A DNA stretch of 64,000 nt from Nanobdellota archaeon (GTDB lineage Archaea > Nanobdellota > Nanobdellia > Parvarchaeales > Parvarchaeaceae). Within the stretch, counting starts at the first letter, position 1; each line of letters opens with the position of its first letter. The position numbers were made by a program, and so were the translations under genes. The notes under the pieces were generated by a model that saw nothing but the letters and a program-made list of their open reading frames with translations, did not search any database and was not told the origin of the DNA. The stretch lies in assembly GCA_021802505.1 (NCBI GenBank), contig JAJZXE010000002.1, positions 11,770-75,769 of the forward strand. Reading direction: 5' to 3'. Positions 29,497 to 39,646 of the stretch are shown here, one piece after another.

Positions 29497-32119
29497 TCTG
29501 CCTCTTGTTTATCTTTTCCATCACTAATTTATGCAGTTTCCGCACATAATCCTTCTTGTTTTTGATTGAAACGGTATCCGTTTCTCCGATAGTTATGAGG
29601 TTGTGGGAGAACGGGGAAGGCACCTCTGTGGCTATTATCGGATATTTTATCTTTCCAGTTTTTATGCCTTTGAGGATTCCGGAGGCATGATTTATATCCA
29701 TAACATCCTCCTCTATCTCCCTGTATGCTTCCTTCAGTATCGGAAAGTTCTCGTCCATCTCGCTTATTATCCTTAAAAGAGACTGGGCATTGATCTGCTG
29801 TCTCTCCACCCTTATCCTGTGGCCCTTATAATTCCTTAAGATCATCAATCCTCTAGCAGCTGCGTGCCTGAACCTTCTCCGCAGTATCTCCGTCCGCTTA
29901 ATATTGTCGTCTATTATCTGCTTTATATCCGAGACGCATGCCTTTTTTATGGCGGCTTTTACCTCCTCCTCATCCAGTGAATTGTTTGGGATTAGTGCAA
30001 ATCCGTTGTCATTTATCACGAGCCCGACTTCTTCACCTATTTTATCGCTGATTATGAACGCGAATACCCTCGACAGTGCGTCGTTCACCCTCCTTCCAAA
30101 AAGAGAGTGAAATATTATGTAATTTCTCCGATTGTAGCTCGTTTTCTCGATAAGTATCGACTTATCAGATGGGACTAACTTGGTAAAATAAAGCTGTTCC
30201 CTGATATATTCGTAGATTGAGACCTTTGAATTAGAATCAACCGGAAAAGAGGACAGGTACCTTTTCACTCCTTCCGGCATGTCTTCAGCGGCTTTTTTGT
30301 ACACTATATTTTTATTGTCCGTATTAAAAAGCGAGGAAAATTCCCTTCGAAACCTGCCTATGTCAACGGCCAATTCGTAGCTTAGCGGCAATTGTTCTGA
30401 AAACCATGGCGGTATGTTTGGTTTTTCGCCGTTGGCCGGCAGTACAAAACAATCCGCGGCGCTCGCCCTCTGAAACCTGTACACCCTTCCTCCTAGGACA
30501 AAAACGTCCCCCCTCTTAAGCTTCTCCAAAAACTCCTCTTCTATGTTACCGATTTTTTTCTTTGTATTGAGCAAATAAACGTTTATCGCGACTTCGTCCG
30601 GTATGGTGCCGATATTTGTATAATATATAAGCCTGGTGAGCCTCCCTCTTTTTCCGAATTTCTTTGTGGAGCTATCGAACCATATCTTGCCGTATACCGA
30701 CCTTTCCTGCAGGGATACGTATTCTCCAGCGAGGTATTTCAGTAATCCCAAAAAATCCTTCATATCCAGATCTCTGAAAGGATAGGCTTTCCTAATGAGT
30801 CTGTAGGCTTCATTTACATCCCAGATTTTTTTTAAGGCCATGCCGACGATGTGCTGGGCCAAAACATCAAGGGGATTTTCCGGCATTGTGAATGAGTCAA
30901 GTTTTCTCCGCAGACCGTCATACAGCATCACAGTACACTCCACAAGATCATCGCGGTTGTTTATGATCAGCTGGCCTTTCGCGGTGTCCTTAAAACTATG
31001 CCCGCTTCTGCCGATCCTCTGCAGTGCCCTCGTTATGCTTTTTGGTGAATTTATCTGTATGACATTGTCTATGCTGCCTATGTCTATTCCGAGTTCAAGG
31101 CTCGTAGAGGAGACGACGCATTTAAGACTGCCTTTTTTAAGGTCTTCTTCCACGGAAAACCTCTCTTCCCTCGAAAGAGAACCGTGGTGTGCGGATATTT
31201 CCTCGTCTTTGTATCCAAACCGCCGCTTCAGATTAAAAACCAGTCTTTCGGTACCGCTTCGTGTATTCGTAAATATCAGCGTCGTCCGGTTCTTTTTTAT
31301 TACATCATTTATTATCCTGTACATGCTGTCTTCGATTTTGCTGTCCTTCGTGTAAATCAGGTCTTTTACCGGGGATGTGACGGTGGCGCTGATCTTTTTG
31401 CTCCATGAGGCATCCACTACCGTACAGTCTCTATCCGTACCCGCCAGGAAGCTTGCCGCTTTTTCTAGGGGATGTATAGTGGCGCTCAACCCTATCCTTA
31501 CGAAATCATGCTTTATCGATTCTGCCAGCCGTTCAAGCGACAGGGACAGATGGGAGCCCCTCTTGCTGTTTGCGAGCTCATGCAGCTCGTCTACGATGAC
31601 ATACTCCAGGCTTGTAAATTTCTCGATGAATTTCGGAGAATTCAGCATTATGGCGAGGGATTCCGGCGTGGTTACCAGTATGTTCGGAGGACGGACAAAC
31701 TGCTTTCTGCGCTCGTTCTGCGGCGTATCTCCCGTCCTTACGCCTACGCTGATGTTTTTCTTACCGGAAAGCTCTGTGATTTTGTAAAGGTCGTTCAGTG
31801 GGGATATCAGGTTTTTGTATATATCGTTGTTCAAGGCCCTTAAAGGAGAGATATACAGGCATTTTATCTCGTCCTTCAATTCGCCCTTGATTGAAAGCTC
31901 TGTCAGATTATTTATTATGGGTATAAAAGCCGATAGAGTCTTGCCGCTTCCGGTCGGGGCCGTAATGAGCAGATTTTTTTTCATACTTATCAGCTTAAAT
32001 GAAAACTTTTGGGGAGGAGTTAACTCACTGAATTTGGATACGAACCATTTTCTCACTATAGGATTCAGCGTCTCCAAATTTTTTTTATCAGAAAACTGTT
32101 CCGTTAATATTTTTATCAT
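29483..32119 (-). CDS. lhr: ATP-dependent Lhr-family SF2 helicase
   Basis: APTGSGKT, SPLRAL, VDELHE, SAT, HHGSLS, LELGID, QRIGRSGH, GTIPD. Confidence 0.93.
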   Translation of the reverse strand: MIKILTEQFSDKKNLETLNPIVRKWFVSKFSELTPPQKFSFKLISMKKNLLITAPTGSGKTLSAFIPIINNLTELSIKGELKDEIKCLYISPLRALNNDIYKNLISPLNDLYKITELSGKKNISVGVRTGDTPQNERRKQFVRPPNILVTTPESLAIMLNSPKFIEKFTSLEYVIVDELHELANSKRGSHLSLSLERLAESIKHDFVRIGLSATIHPLEKAASFLAGTDRDCTVVDASWSKKISATVTSPVKDLIYTKDSKIEDSMYRIINDVIKKNRTTLIFTNTRSGTERLVFNLKRRFGYKDEEISAHHGSLSREERFSVEEDLKKGSLKCVVSSTSLELGIDIGSIDNVIQINSPKSITRALQRIGRSGHSFKDTAKGQLIINNRDDLVECTVMLYDGLRRKLDSFTMPENPLDVLAQHIVGMALKKIWDVNEAYRLIRKAYPFRDLDMKDFLGLLKYLAGEYVSLQERSVYGKIWFDSSTKKFGKRGRLTRLIYYTNIGTIPDEVAINVYLLNTKKKIGNIEEEFLEKLKRGDVFVLGGRVYRFQRASAADCFVLPANGEKPNIPPWFSEQLPLSYELAVDIGRFRREFSSLFNTDNKNIVYKKAAEDMPEGVKRYLSSFPVDSNSKVSIYEYIREQLYFTKLVPSDKSILIEKTSYNRRNYIIFHSLFGRRVNDALSRVFAFIISDKIGEEVGLVINDNGFALIPNNSLDEEEVKAAIKKACVSDIKQIIDDNIKRTEILRRRFRHAAARGLMILRNYKGHRIRVERQQINAQSLLRIISEMDENFPILKEAYREIEEDVMDINHASGILKGIKTGKIKYPIIATEVPSPFSHNLITIGETDTVSIKNKKDYVRKLHKLVMEKINKRQNENK

Positions 32120-32163
32120 TGGTTTAATAGATTATGCGAGTATTTAATTTTTACCTGTTAAAT

Positions 32164-32919
32164 TCAATTTCTGCATTTGAATATGATGGTAGGGCCTATC
32201 CTGTTTACCAGGGCTTTTCTATACCCGGTACCCCATACTTTATCTTTAAACCGCAGGGGCTCGACGATTCTTTCCAGCTTTAAGCCGGAAGCAAGTATCG
32301 AATTTACAACAGTACTGATCTTCCGGTCATAATATACAAAGTAATGCACGCTTTTATCCGGCCAGACTTCCTTCTTCTTTTTTACGCCCTCATTAAAATA
32401 ACTCTCTTCTATTTCCATATTATTTGGATTAATCAGCAGATAGAACGGATGTTCCATGCTGAATACGAACACCCCTTTGGGTTTTAGCAGCTTCTTAACC
32501 CGTTTAAACAGCCTGTCCAGATCAGAGCAGTACTGCAGGGCCATAACCGATATGATTATATCGAATTTCCGTTTATTCAGTTTATTGATGGAGGAGAAGG
32601 GTATCTGCATAAAATTCACAGTTACACCGTTTTTTACCGCATTTTTTACCGCCGTGTTTATCTGCTCTGCCGATATGTCTATTGCGGTGCATACTCCCCC
32701 TTTTTTTGCGAGTGCTATCGATGCCTGGCCGCCGCCGCAGCCTATTTCAAGGATGTTTTTGCCCCTTACACTTCCAATAAGCCTTAACTCTTTTTCATCC
32801 GAACCAAACGGGCCGTAATTAACATCCGTCATTCTGTCCCCGGATATCTCTTCTTGATAGTAGGATGAAGCGGAATCCCACCATTTCCTGATGTCATCTT
32901 CATAATTTTTGCCAGACAT
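32164..32919 (-). CDS. Class I SAM-dependent methyltransferase
   Basis: ILEIGCGGG, LKPKGVFVFSMEHP. Start at ATG 32919 avoids overlap with the DEAD-box gene. Confidence 0.9.
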   Translation of the reverse strand: MSGKNYEDDIRKWWDSASSYYQEEISGDRMTDVNYGPFGSDEKELRLIGSVRGKNILEIGCGGGQASIALAKKGGVCTAIDISAEQINTAVKNAVKNGVTVNFMQIPFSSINKLNKRKFDIIISVMALQYCSDLDRLFKRVKKLLKPKGVFVFSMEHPFYLLINPNNMEIEESYFNEGVKKKKEVWPDKSVHYFVYYDRKISTVVNSILASGLKLERIVEPLRFKDKVWGTGYRKALVNRIGPTIIFKCRN

Positions 32920-32960
32920 AGTGTATTTATAGCAGAAGATCAATATAAGAATGTAAATAT

Positions 32961-34265
32961 ATGTTTGATTCGATGAATATAAAAAAGGAAATACTATCTG
33001 CATTACACGAAATGGGCTTCGATGAACCTACCGAAGTACAAAAACAGGCAATTCCTTTGGGATTAGAGGGTAAAGATATAGTCGTAAAATCAAAGACCGG
33101 CAGCGGAAAAACCGCGGCTTTTCTGATTCCCATACTGAATAGCCTTGAAAATTCGGAAAGGCCGGGCGCGATGGTGATAGTACCGACAAGAGAACTGGCT
33201 CTGCAGGTCACGGACGTAGCGGAGAATATAGGGAGAAATCTCAAGATTAAAACGGTAACTGTTTACGGCGGAGCGTCGATAAATTATCAGATAAGGGAGA
33301 TAAGAAACGGCGCGAATATAATAGTAGGGACCCCTGGAAGGGTGATTGACCTAATAAAAAGAGGAGAACTGCCCACTAATTCAATAAGGTTTCTCGTACT
33401 GGATGAGGTTGATATAATGCTGGATATGGGTTTTATTGATGATATAAAGTACATATTGTCCAGATTACCGCAAAAAAGACAGACAATGTTCTTTTCCGCG
33501 ACTATTCCGGAAGAGATAAAACACATTACGCTGAAATATACGAACGATGCGGTGAATGTGAACGTAGGTTCCGGGGAAGTGACTGTTGACACTATAGAGC
33601 ATTTTTACTCCATTGCGAACGGCAGCGATAAATTTTCCGTGCTTCTCGCATATATCGATTCCAAACAGCCTGAAAAGGCGATAATATTCTGCAAAACACA
33701 GAGGAATGCGGAGAGAATTTATTCTATGGCACAAAGCATGAATCTTCCCGCGGTCTTAATGCACGGCGGACTGAGCCAGAACAGGAGGGAGCACTCCCTC
33801 AATTCATTCAGAGAGGGCGTGAAGATGCTAATAGCTACGAATGTGGCTTCGAGAGGACTGGACATAGACAACGTTTCCGATATAATAAACTTTGATGCGG
33901 AGGAAGACCCGAAAGCTTACGTTCACCGGGTGGGCAGAAGCGCGAGGATGGGAAAAAGCGGGAGAGCCTTTACCATATTCACACCCAGGGAAAAATATCT
34001 TGTTTATGAGATTGAAAGCTATGCAAAGATAAAAATGACCGCGTTGGAGTTTGATCTCGCCCAATACAGGGAGAAGGTAAAGGAATTTTACAAGGGTGAC
34101 ACTCGAAACTATGAGGATATGGCGATGAGAAGGCGCGGTTTCAGCCACGGCGGAAATTTCAGCAGAAACAGAAATACGGGAAGGAATTTCAACGGCGGCA
34201 GGAAAAACAGTTTTTCAGGGTTTAACGGCAAAAAATTCAGGCACAGCTATACAAAAGAAGACTAA
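32961..34265 (+). CDS. DEAD-box RNA helicase
   Basis: Q motif, SKTGSGKT, PTRELA, DEVD, SAT, HRVGRSAR; R/G/N-rich tail. Confidence 0.95.
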   Translation: MFDSMNIKKEILSALHEMGFDEPTEVQKQAIPLGLEGKDIVVKSKTGSGKTAAFLIPILNSLENSERPGAMVIVPTRELALQVTDVAENIGRNLKIKTVTVYGGASINYQIREIRNGANIIVGTPGRVIDLIKRGELPTNSIRFLVLDEVDIMLDMGFIDDIKYILSRLPQKRQTMFFSATIPEEIKHITLKYTNDAVNVNVGSGEVTVDTIEHFYSIANGSDKFSVLLAYIDSKQPEKAIIFCKTQRNAERIYSMAQSMNLPAVLMHGGLSQNRREHSLNSFREGVKMLIATNVASRGLDIDNVSDIINFDAEEDPKAYVHRVGRSARMGKSGRAFTIFTPREKYLVYEIESYAKIKMTALEFDLAQYREKVKEFYKGDTRNYEDMAMRRRGFSHGGNFSRNRNTGRNFNGGRKNSFSGFNGKKFRHSYTKED

Positions 34266-34648
34266 TGCTTGTTTTTCAGGAAGTTTATATAATCTATAAA
34301 TGGTTTCGGATTATCAATGCTTGTGAAAGTTATAAAGAATGCCGCGGTGCTGGCCAGCGCGATTATGCTGGTTATTTCCCAGATTATCAATGGATTCATG
34401 AAGAAAATTGAAATAAATGATACTATAAAACCGACTGAAAATGAAAATGCGGCGGTGACCAAAAAAGTAAAGGATAATGTATACCTGAAAGAATTGTTCA
34501 GCATGTAACTGCCGAAGAACTTGTTTGCATCCTGTCTTGAACCATACTTTGATGCCAGGGATAAAAAATACATAAAACTCAGCGCGGATATCAACATCAA
34601 AATCCCGGATATTATACCGGTTATACCAAAAATTTCATTGATTATCAT
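34262..34648 (-). CDS. Small 3-TM membrane protein, partner B of pair 1
   Basis: Three hydrophobic helices; ATGA overlap with the upstream gene. Confidence 0.7.
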   Translation of the reverse strand: MIINEIFGITGIISGILMLISALSFMYFLSLASKYGSRQDANKFFGSYMLNNSFRYTLSFTFLVTAAFSFSVGFIVSFISIFFMNPLIIWEITSIIALASTAAFFITFTSIDNPKPFIDYINFLKNKH

Positions 34649-35010
34649 GCAAACCTCTTAAATCTCAGATACCAGAACCTAATATCTAATATTATGAATA
34701 TGATAGTAAGAACTGCGAAGCCAAAACCCGAGAAGAAAGTGGAATACTGCAATAGTGTAGAAGGATTAAACCCGTTATCCAGATAATCGGATAAAACCAT
34801 TACACCGGCGAGAAAACCGAATATCCCTGCAAATACAAAATAAGGTATCTTAATTGTCTCGGGGTTGAGAAAATAACTGGTTAACGGGGCCTTGTCTTTT
34901 CTGTGTTTTATCAACGCCAGTAATATAATGGTAGAGTAATACATGACAAATACTCCGAGTACGCTTAAAATTCCAAACACTACCCCCTCCATGAGTTTTA
35001 GCTCTACCAT
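34645..35010 (-). CDS. Small 3-TM membrane protein, KHRKDKAPL family (partner A of pair 1)
   Basis: IKHRKDKAPLTSYFLN...FWYLRFKRFA; paralogs at 46352 and 47552. Confidence 0.8.
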   Translation of the reverse strand: MVELKLMEGVVFGILSVLGVFVMYYSTIILLALIKHRKDKAPLTSYFLNPETIKIPYFVFAGIFGFLAGVMVLSDYLDNGFNPSTLLQYSTFFSGFGFAVLTIIFIILDIRFWYLRFKRFA

Positions 35011-35414
35011 CAAACCGCCAGATAGGCAATAAACACTGCCAATAAACTCAATATTAAAGCCGATAAAAACGCATAAAGTACAAGAATATTCGCCCTTTTT
35101 AGATCTAATTCATGAAAACGTTTATTTTTCACATTTCCTTTGCCACCGCCCATGTCTGAAAGGTCGTATATTCCTGCATGGGCATTTACAACGCAGAATT
35201 TAAAAAATCCCTGATAAAACCCTATAAATCCTAGAAACAGAGGTATGATCACGGTTAAAAAGAAAGGATAAGGCTCATTGAGAATAAACAGGGCGATTAA
35301 AAGCAAGGCAGAGATTATAAATCCGACGGCACCGAACAAATATCTTTTTCTTATCTCTTTCGGACCTATATTACAACTGCCCGCAGAGTACTTTACCTTT
35401 TTATTTACCGACAT
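35010..35414 (-). CDS. Conserved hypothetical membrane protein (CNIG..E..KR / FCV motifs)
   Basis: Three TM helices; TGATG overlap with the downstream gene. Confidence 0.7.
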   Translation of the reverse strand: MSVNKKVKYSAGSCNIGPKEIRKRYLFGAVGFIISALLLIALFILNEPYPFFLTVIIPLFLGFIGFYQGFFKFCVVNAHAGIYDLSDMGGGKGNVKNKRFHELDLKRANILVLYAFLSALILSLLAVFIAYLAV

Positions 35415-35499
35415 ATGGATTAAAAGAACCAAGCATTAATAAAACTAATCTTTATGTCTTTAAGATAATAGTTGAAGGGAAAAGGCGTTTAAATAACGA

Positions 35500-36258
35500 A
35501 TGTATCTACAATTTATGGATGAAAATGAAATTAAAAAAGTTATGGGTGTTGTAGACCACACTCTCCTGAAACCTTATGCGGGCGAAAAAGACATAAGAAA
35601 ATTAATAGACGAAGCCGATCAGCTTAAAACATACAGCGTATGCATTCATCCGCTGTTTGCCAAATCCGCAAGAAGATATATAACAAGAAAGGGTTATAAT
35701 TTAAAGATAGCGGTTACGATAGATTTTCCGATGGGGGTTTTTACCACAAACGCGAGGGTAAAGGTGCTTAAATCCCTGTCAAAGGACATAGACGAGGCAG
35801 ATTTTGTCATTCAAATGGGATATATAAAATCAAAAAAATTCAGCCTTGTGCAGAAGGACGTGAATAAGTTGGTGGAAACCGCGCATGAAAACGGCAAAAT
35901 TATAAAATTCATAGTAGAGGATGCTTATACCACAAAAGATGAAAAAGAAAAACTCTACGAGATAGTGTGCAGCTCGCAGGCAGACTTTATAAAAACTAGC
36001 ACCGGGTTCGCAGAGCAGGAGTACACCAACAGCATAGGAAATAAATTGACAGGTGCAAACGCTGACAATGTAAAGCTTATGGCAGAGACAATAAAGAGAC
36101 TAAATTCAAAAACAGGTATAAAAGCCTCCGGCGGGATACACTCCTACCAGCAGATTACAGAACTGTTAAAGGCATCGGAAAAAGAGCTTGACCCCAGACA
36201 GTTCAGATTGGGGATGAGCAGTACCAGAAAAATATACGAAGAAATGCAGAAACTTTGA
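35500..36258 (+). CDS. deoC: Deoxyribose-phosphate aldolase
   Basis: VDHTLLKP, DFPMG, ADFIKTSTGF, IKASGGI. Confidence 0.9.
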   Translation: MYLQFMDENEIKKVMGVVDHTLLKPYAGEKDIRKLIDEADQLKTYSVCIHPLFAKSARRYITRKGYNLKIAVTIDFPMGVFTTNARVKVLKSLSKDIDEADFVIQMGYIKSKKFSLVQKDVNKLVETAHENGKIIKFIVEDAYTTKDEKEKLYEIVCSSQADFIKTSTGFAEQEYTNSIGNKLTGANADNVKLMAETIKRLNSKTGIKASGGIHSYQQITELLKASEKELDPRQFRLGMSSTRKIYEEMQKL

Positions 36259-36277
36259 ATAATCAATATTATAATTT

Positions 36278-37153
36278 ATGGAAATAGACGGTGCGTTGTC
36301 TGAGATATTTGCGGTTTTGGATGGCTCAGGCAACATTGACGTAGAAAGAACCGAAAAATATGTAAAATTTCTAATTAAAAACGGCATAAAGGGATTGTTT
36401 ATCGGGGGGCTTGCCGCCGAAACACTGTCTTTTGATGAAAACGAAAGAATAAACTGGCTTAAAACCGTAAAAAGGGCCTCTGGAAACACACCTATAATAT
36501 TTCAGATAATCCCTTCAAATATGAACAGCATAACAAAAGAGATAAAAAACGCGGAGGAAAACGGCGCGGACGTTATATCTGTGAGCCAACCGTATCCTAT
36601 GCCATTAAGCAATAATGAACTCATGGATTATTTTTCATTTATATGCAAGAACACCAAACTGCCGGTAATGATATACAACGAACCGACTATTGGTAAGCCG
36701 CTGGAAATCACTGTGCTCTCTGAGATAATAAAGAAAAATAACAACATAAAATTTTACAAAGATAGCACTCATAATCTTATAGATCTGCACACATTTTTAA
36801 TGCAAAATACAGGAATATCGGTTCTTGCGGGCAGTGACGGCCTGATATTCGATATAATTAATGCCGGGGGAAAAGGAGTCATTTCATTGGTGGCAAATCC
36901 GTTTCCAAAATTAATAGCAGATGAGGTGGAAGCACTCAGAAGCAATAAACTGGATAAAGCCTTAGAACTGCAGAATTTGATAATTAAGATAAGATCCATT
37001 TTAAAGATGGGCGGATTAACTGCAGGATACAGATATGCAATGAAAATTACCGGCATGGATGTCGGAGAACCAATATTTCCATACGCAAAAATAGATGAAA
37101 ATAGCAAAATTAAGATAAGAAATGGATTAACCAGCTTAAGATTAATTCAATGA
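36278..37153 (+). CDS. DHDPS/KDG-aldolase family protein
   Basis: LPVMIYNEP, YKDS (Schiff-base Lys), GSD, GGKGVIS..AN. Confidence 0.85.
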   Translation: MEIDGALSEIFAVLDGSGNIDVERTEKYVKFLIKNGIKGLFIGGLAAETLSFDENERINWLKTVKRASGNTPIIFQIIPSNMNSITKEIKNAEENGADVISVSQPYPMPLSNNELMDYFSFICKNTKLPVMIYNEPTIGKPLEITVLSEIIKKNNNIKFYKDSTHNLIDLHTFLMQNTGISVLAGSDGLIFDIINAGGKGVISLVANPFPKLIADEVEALRSNKLDKALELQNLIIKIRSILKMGGLTAGYRYAMKITGMDVGEPIFPYAKIDENSKIKIRNGLTSLRLIQ

Positions 37154-37229
37154 CCCTGCAGCGGTTAGCGTCCTAGTTTATAACAACTCCAATGTAATGG
37201 TTTTTCCAGTAATATGGCTTACTAGTTTA

Positions 37230-38639
37230 TCAGCTAAGCTGTGATTCTTCCAAGCTCTTTCTCTTCAATTCCGGTCCGAGAATAATTTCGGCTACTGCAC
37301 CTATAAGGATAACTACGCCAGTTATTACAAATACAGGCAATAAACCCGCGACAGTACCGACATAAGCTGCAAGGGCGAATGGCGCTATTATACCACCAAG
37401 CCTTCCGAAACCTATGGCGGTACCCATAGCAGATCCTCTGTTTTTAGTGGGAAACATCTCTCCTATCTGTGGGTATAATACCCCTGCTGCGGCGTATATA
37501 AAAAAGTATAACAATACTAATAATGCAATGAAAACTGCAAATGGAATTTCTCTAACTATTAATCCGATTATTATGGATAGTATTCCGGCTGCTCCGTATG
37601 ACAGGGTTATAATCGGTCTTCTTCCGACAACGTCCATAAGATAAGACATAACAAATACCCCTAATACGCCTCCGGCGGTCAATAAAAGCAACACAAACGC
37701 GACTTTTGACGGCGAAAAACTAAAGACCTTGACAAATATAACCGCAAACACTGAGAAAGCGGAATAATAAGGCCAGGTCTCAGTAAAATTAAGAGTCCAT
37801 GCCAGAATAAGCCTCTTCCAGTACTTAGTGAACATTCTTTTATACCCGCCGGCCTCCGAACCCCTGAAATCCAGTGTAATAGTCTTAGTAACGGGTAATT
37901 TGCCTTTGACATGTTTTTCAATGGATTTAACAATTGAATCTGCATCTTTGACCCTGCCTTTAGATAACAGATATCTCGGTGATTCAGGCAAACCAAATCT
38001 TGCTATAAGCAGAGTTATTGCCAATGAAACCCCCAATAAGAAGCTTATACCGACTGCTGTCGTCGGCAGAATGAAGCTTAATAACACTAAAACAACCACA
38101 GAGGCTAAAACAGTACCGAAGTCATACAGAACGGCATTGCCAGTACCTGTGAAGAAACCCCTGATCCTGGAGGGTGTAAACTCCTGCAATGCTGCTATAG
38201 ATGCTCCGAACTCGCCGCCGACACCAAAGCCGGTAAGTGCTCTAAGGAACAGTAATGTAGGGTAATTTAACCCTTTAACTAAGAAAAGCACGCCGATTAG
38301 GGTATCTCCGACTATTATTATCGCCATGCTCACTAAGAAAAGCAAACGTCTTCCATGTGTATCTGCCAAGTGACCCAGCCAGGTCGCACCTACTAATTCA
38401 CCTATTAAAAATGCAGGAGTTATTGCCAAAAGTGCTAAACTGGAGAGATTTAAAAGTTTTCCGATAGTGCCAAGCTGCGCGCCGGCTACTGAAAGCGTGA
38501 AGCCTTCCAGAAGAAGACCTCCTCCAAGAATTAAAAGAATTTTAATGTGCCAGCTTGTAATCGGCATCTTGTCCAAACGAGTAGTTACATTTGTTTTAAC
38601 AGAAGAAACCTGCTTTTCAGCTTTCCTGCTCTTTTGCAT
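37230..38639 (-). CDS. MFS sugar/organic acid transporter
   Basis: GHLADTHGRR, GFGVGGE, EFTPSRIRG, PESPRYL, EMFPTKNRG. Confidence 0.93.
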   Translation of the reverse strand: MQKSRKAEKQVSSVKTNVTTRLDKMPITSWHIKILLILGGGLLLEGFTLSVAGAQLGTIGKLLNLSSLALLAITPAFLIGELVGATWLGHLADTHGRRLLFLVSMAIIIVGDTLIGVLFLVKGLNYPTLLFLRALTGFGVGGEFGASIAALQEFTPSRIRGFFTGTGNAVLYDFGTVLASVVVLVLLSFILPTTAVGISFLLGVSLAITLLIARFGLPESPRYLLSKGRVKDADSIVKSIEKHVKGKLPVTKTITLDFRGSEAGGYKRMFTKYWKRLILAWTLNFTETWPYYSAFSVFAVIFVKVFSFSPSKVAFVLLLLTAGGVLGVFVMSYLMDVVGRRPIITLSYGAAGILSIIIGLIVREIPFAVFIALLVLLYFFIYAAAGVLYPQIGEMFPTKNRGSAMGTAIGFGRLGGIIAPFALAAYVGTVAGLLPVFVITGVVILIGAVAEIILGPELKRKSLEESQLS

Positions 38640-38744
38640 AAAATGAAGAGGATAACATTATTTATAAACTTTTTTATTTCAGGTTTTATTTATTAACTAG
38701 TAAAAATAAAACATTAGTTAATTAACATAAAACAAGGATTATGC

Positions 38745-39593
38745 TTATATATTGTGCACCGCTTTGTACAATAACGCAATCGAATCTATTGTCACGTCCG
38801 GTTTGTATCCGCTGCCTTTTAATTCTTTCTCCGGATCTTTCAGATTATTTGTTACCCATATCGAAGAGATTTCATTCTCGTTTGCCATTTTTATATCAGT
38901 ATTCAGCCGGTCTCCGATTATGAGCATATCCTCCCTTTTAAATCCATATTTTTTAATCACATAATCTATAGTTGATACAAACGGCTTCCCGAAACGGTAA
39001 TCCGGTTCTTTTTTTACGGCAAGCGTTATAAGATTTACAATAGAGCCGGCATCGGGTATCTCCCTACCGTTCTTATAAGGACAGAGCGGATCATTGTGCG
39101 TAAGCAAGAATTTCTTGCCGTTGTTTATATGATTTATGATTCTTTTCAATTTCGCGTATGTAAGATCTACATCGAAGCCTATAAGTATTATTTCAGGGTC
39201 GCTTTTATCAAGAATAAAACCTTTTGAGCTGAGTTCTGCAGCGAAATCATCAGATATCAATCCGTCAAATCTGCTTATATGCTTCTTCAGCAGAAAGTCT
39301 TCAACAATATCGTTTGGCAGTAGCAGATTATCCTGCTGAATATCAGTCTTCAGAACCCTGCTTACAAATTTCAGTCTTTTTTCCTTGCTTTGCGAGTCGT
39401 TATTGCTTAATATGACAAAATTCTTTTTCAGTTCTATTAATTTTTTTAGAAGCAATGGCGAGGATTTAAAAGCCTTATCCCACAGGTATAGCGTCCCGTC
39501 ACCGTCAAGCAGGAATAATTTCTTATCTAAAAAAAGTTTTCTTATTCTATCCGTATCCTTTTTATTATACATTGATCTGTATGGTATACCCAT
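38745..39593 (-). CDS. HAD-IIA family phosphatase (NagD-like)
   Basis: LLDGDGTLY, LSNN, GKP, IGDRLNTDI. Confidence 0.9.
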   Translation of the reverse strand: MGIPYRSMYNKKDTDRIRKLFLDKKLFLLDGDGTLYLWDKAFKSSPLLLKKLIELKKNFVILSNNDSQSKEKRLKFVSRVLKTDIQQDNLLLPNDIVEDFLLKKHISRFDGLISDDFAAELSSKGFILDKSDPEIILIGFDVDLTYAKLKRIINHINNGKKFLLTHNDPLCPYKNGREIPDAGSIVNLITLAVKKEPDYRFGKPFVSTIDYVIKKYGFKREDMLIIGDRLNTDIKMANENEISSIWVTNNLKDPEKELKGSGYKPDVTIDSIALLYKAVHNI

Positions 39594-39646
39594 AATTAAA
39601 GCACTTGTCCGTGGATTAAATATCTGATTCTTTTTATTGTGCTAGT

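Noticed and set aside
28753-32119. Lhr plus metallophosphoesterase as a new system
   Set aside because: This gene pairing is already well described; no intein or unusual insertion is evident
32961-34265. DEVD instead of DEAD
   Set aside because: A common variant, and all other helicase motifs are intact
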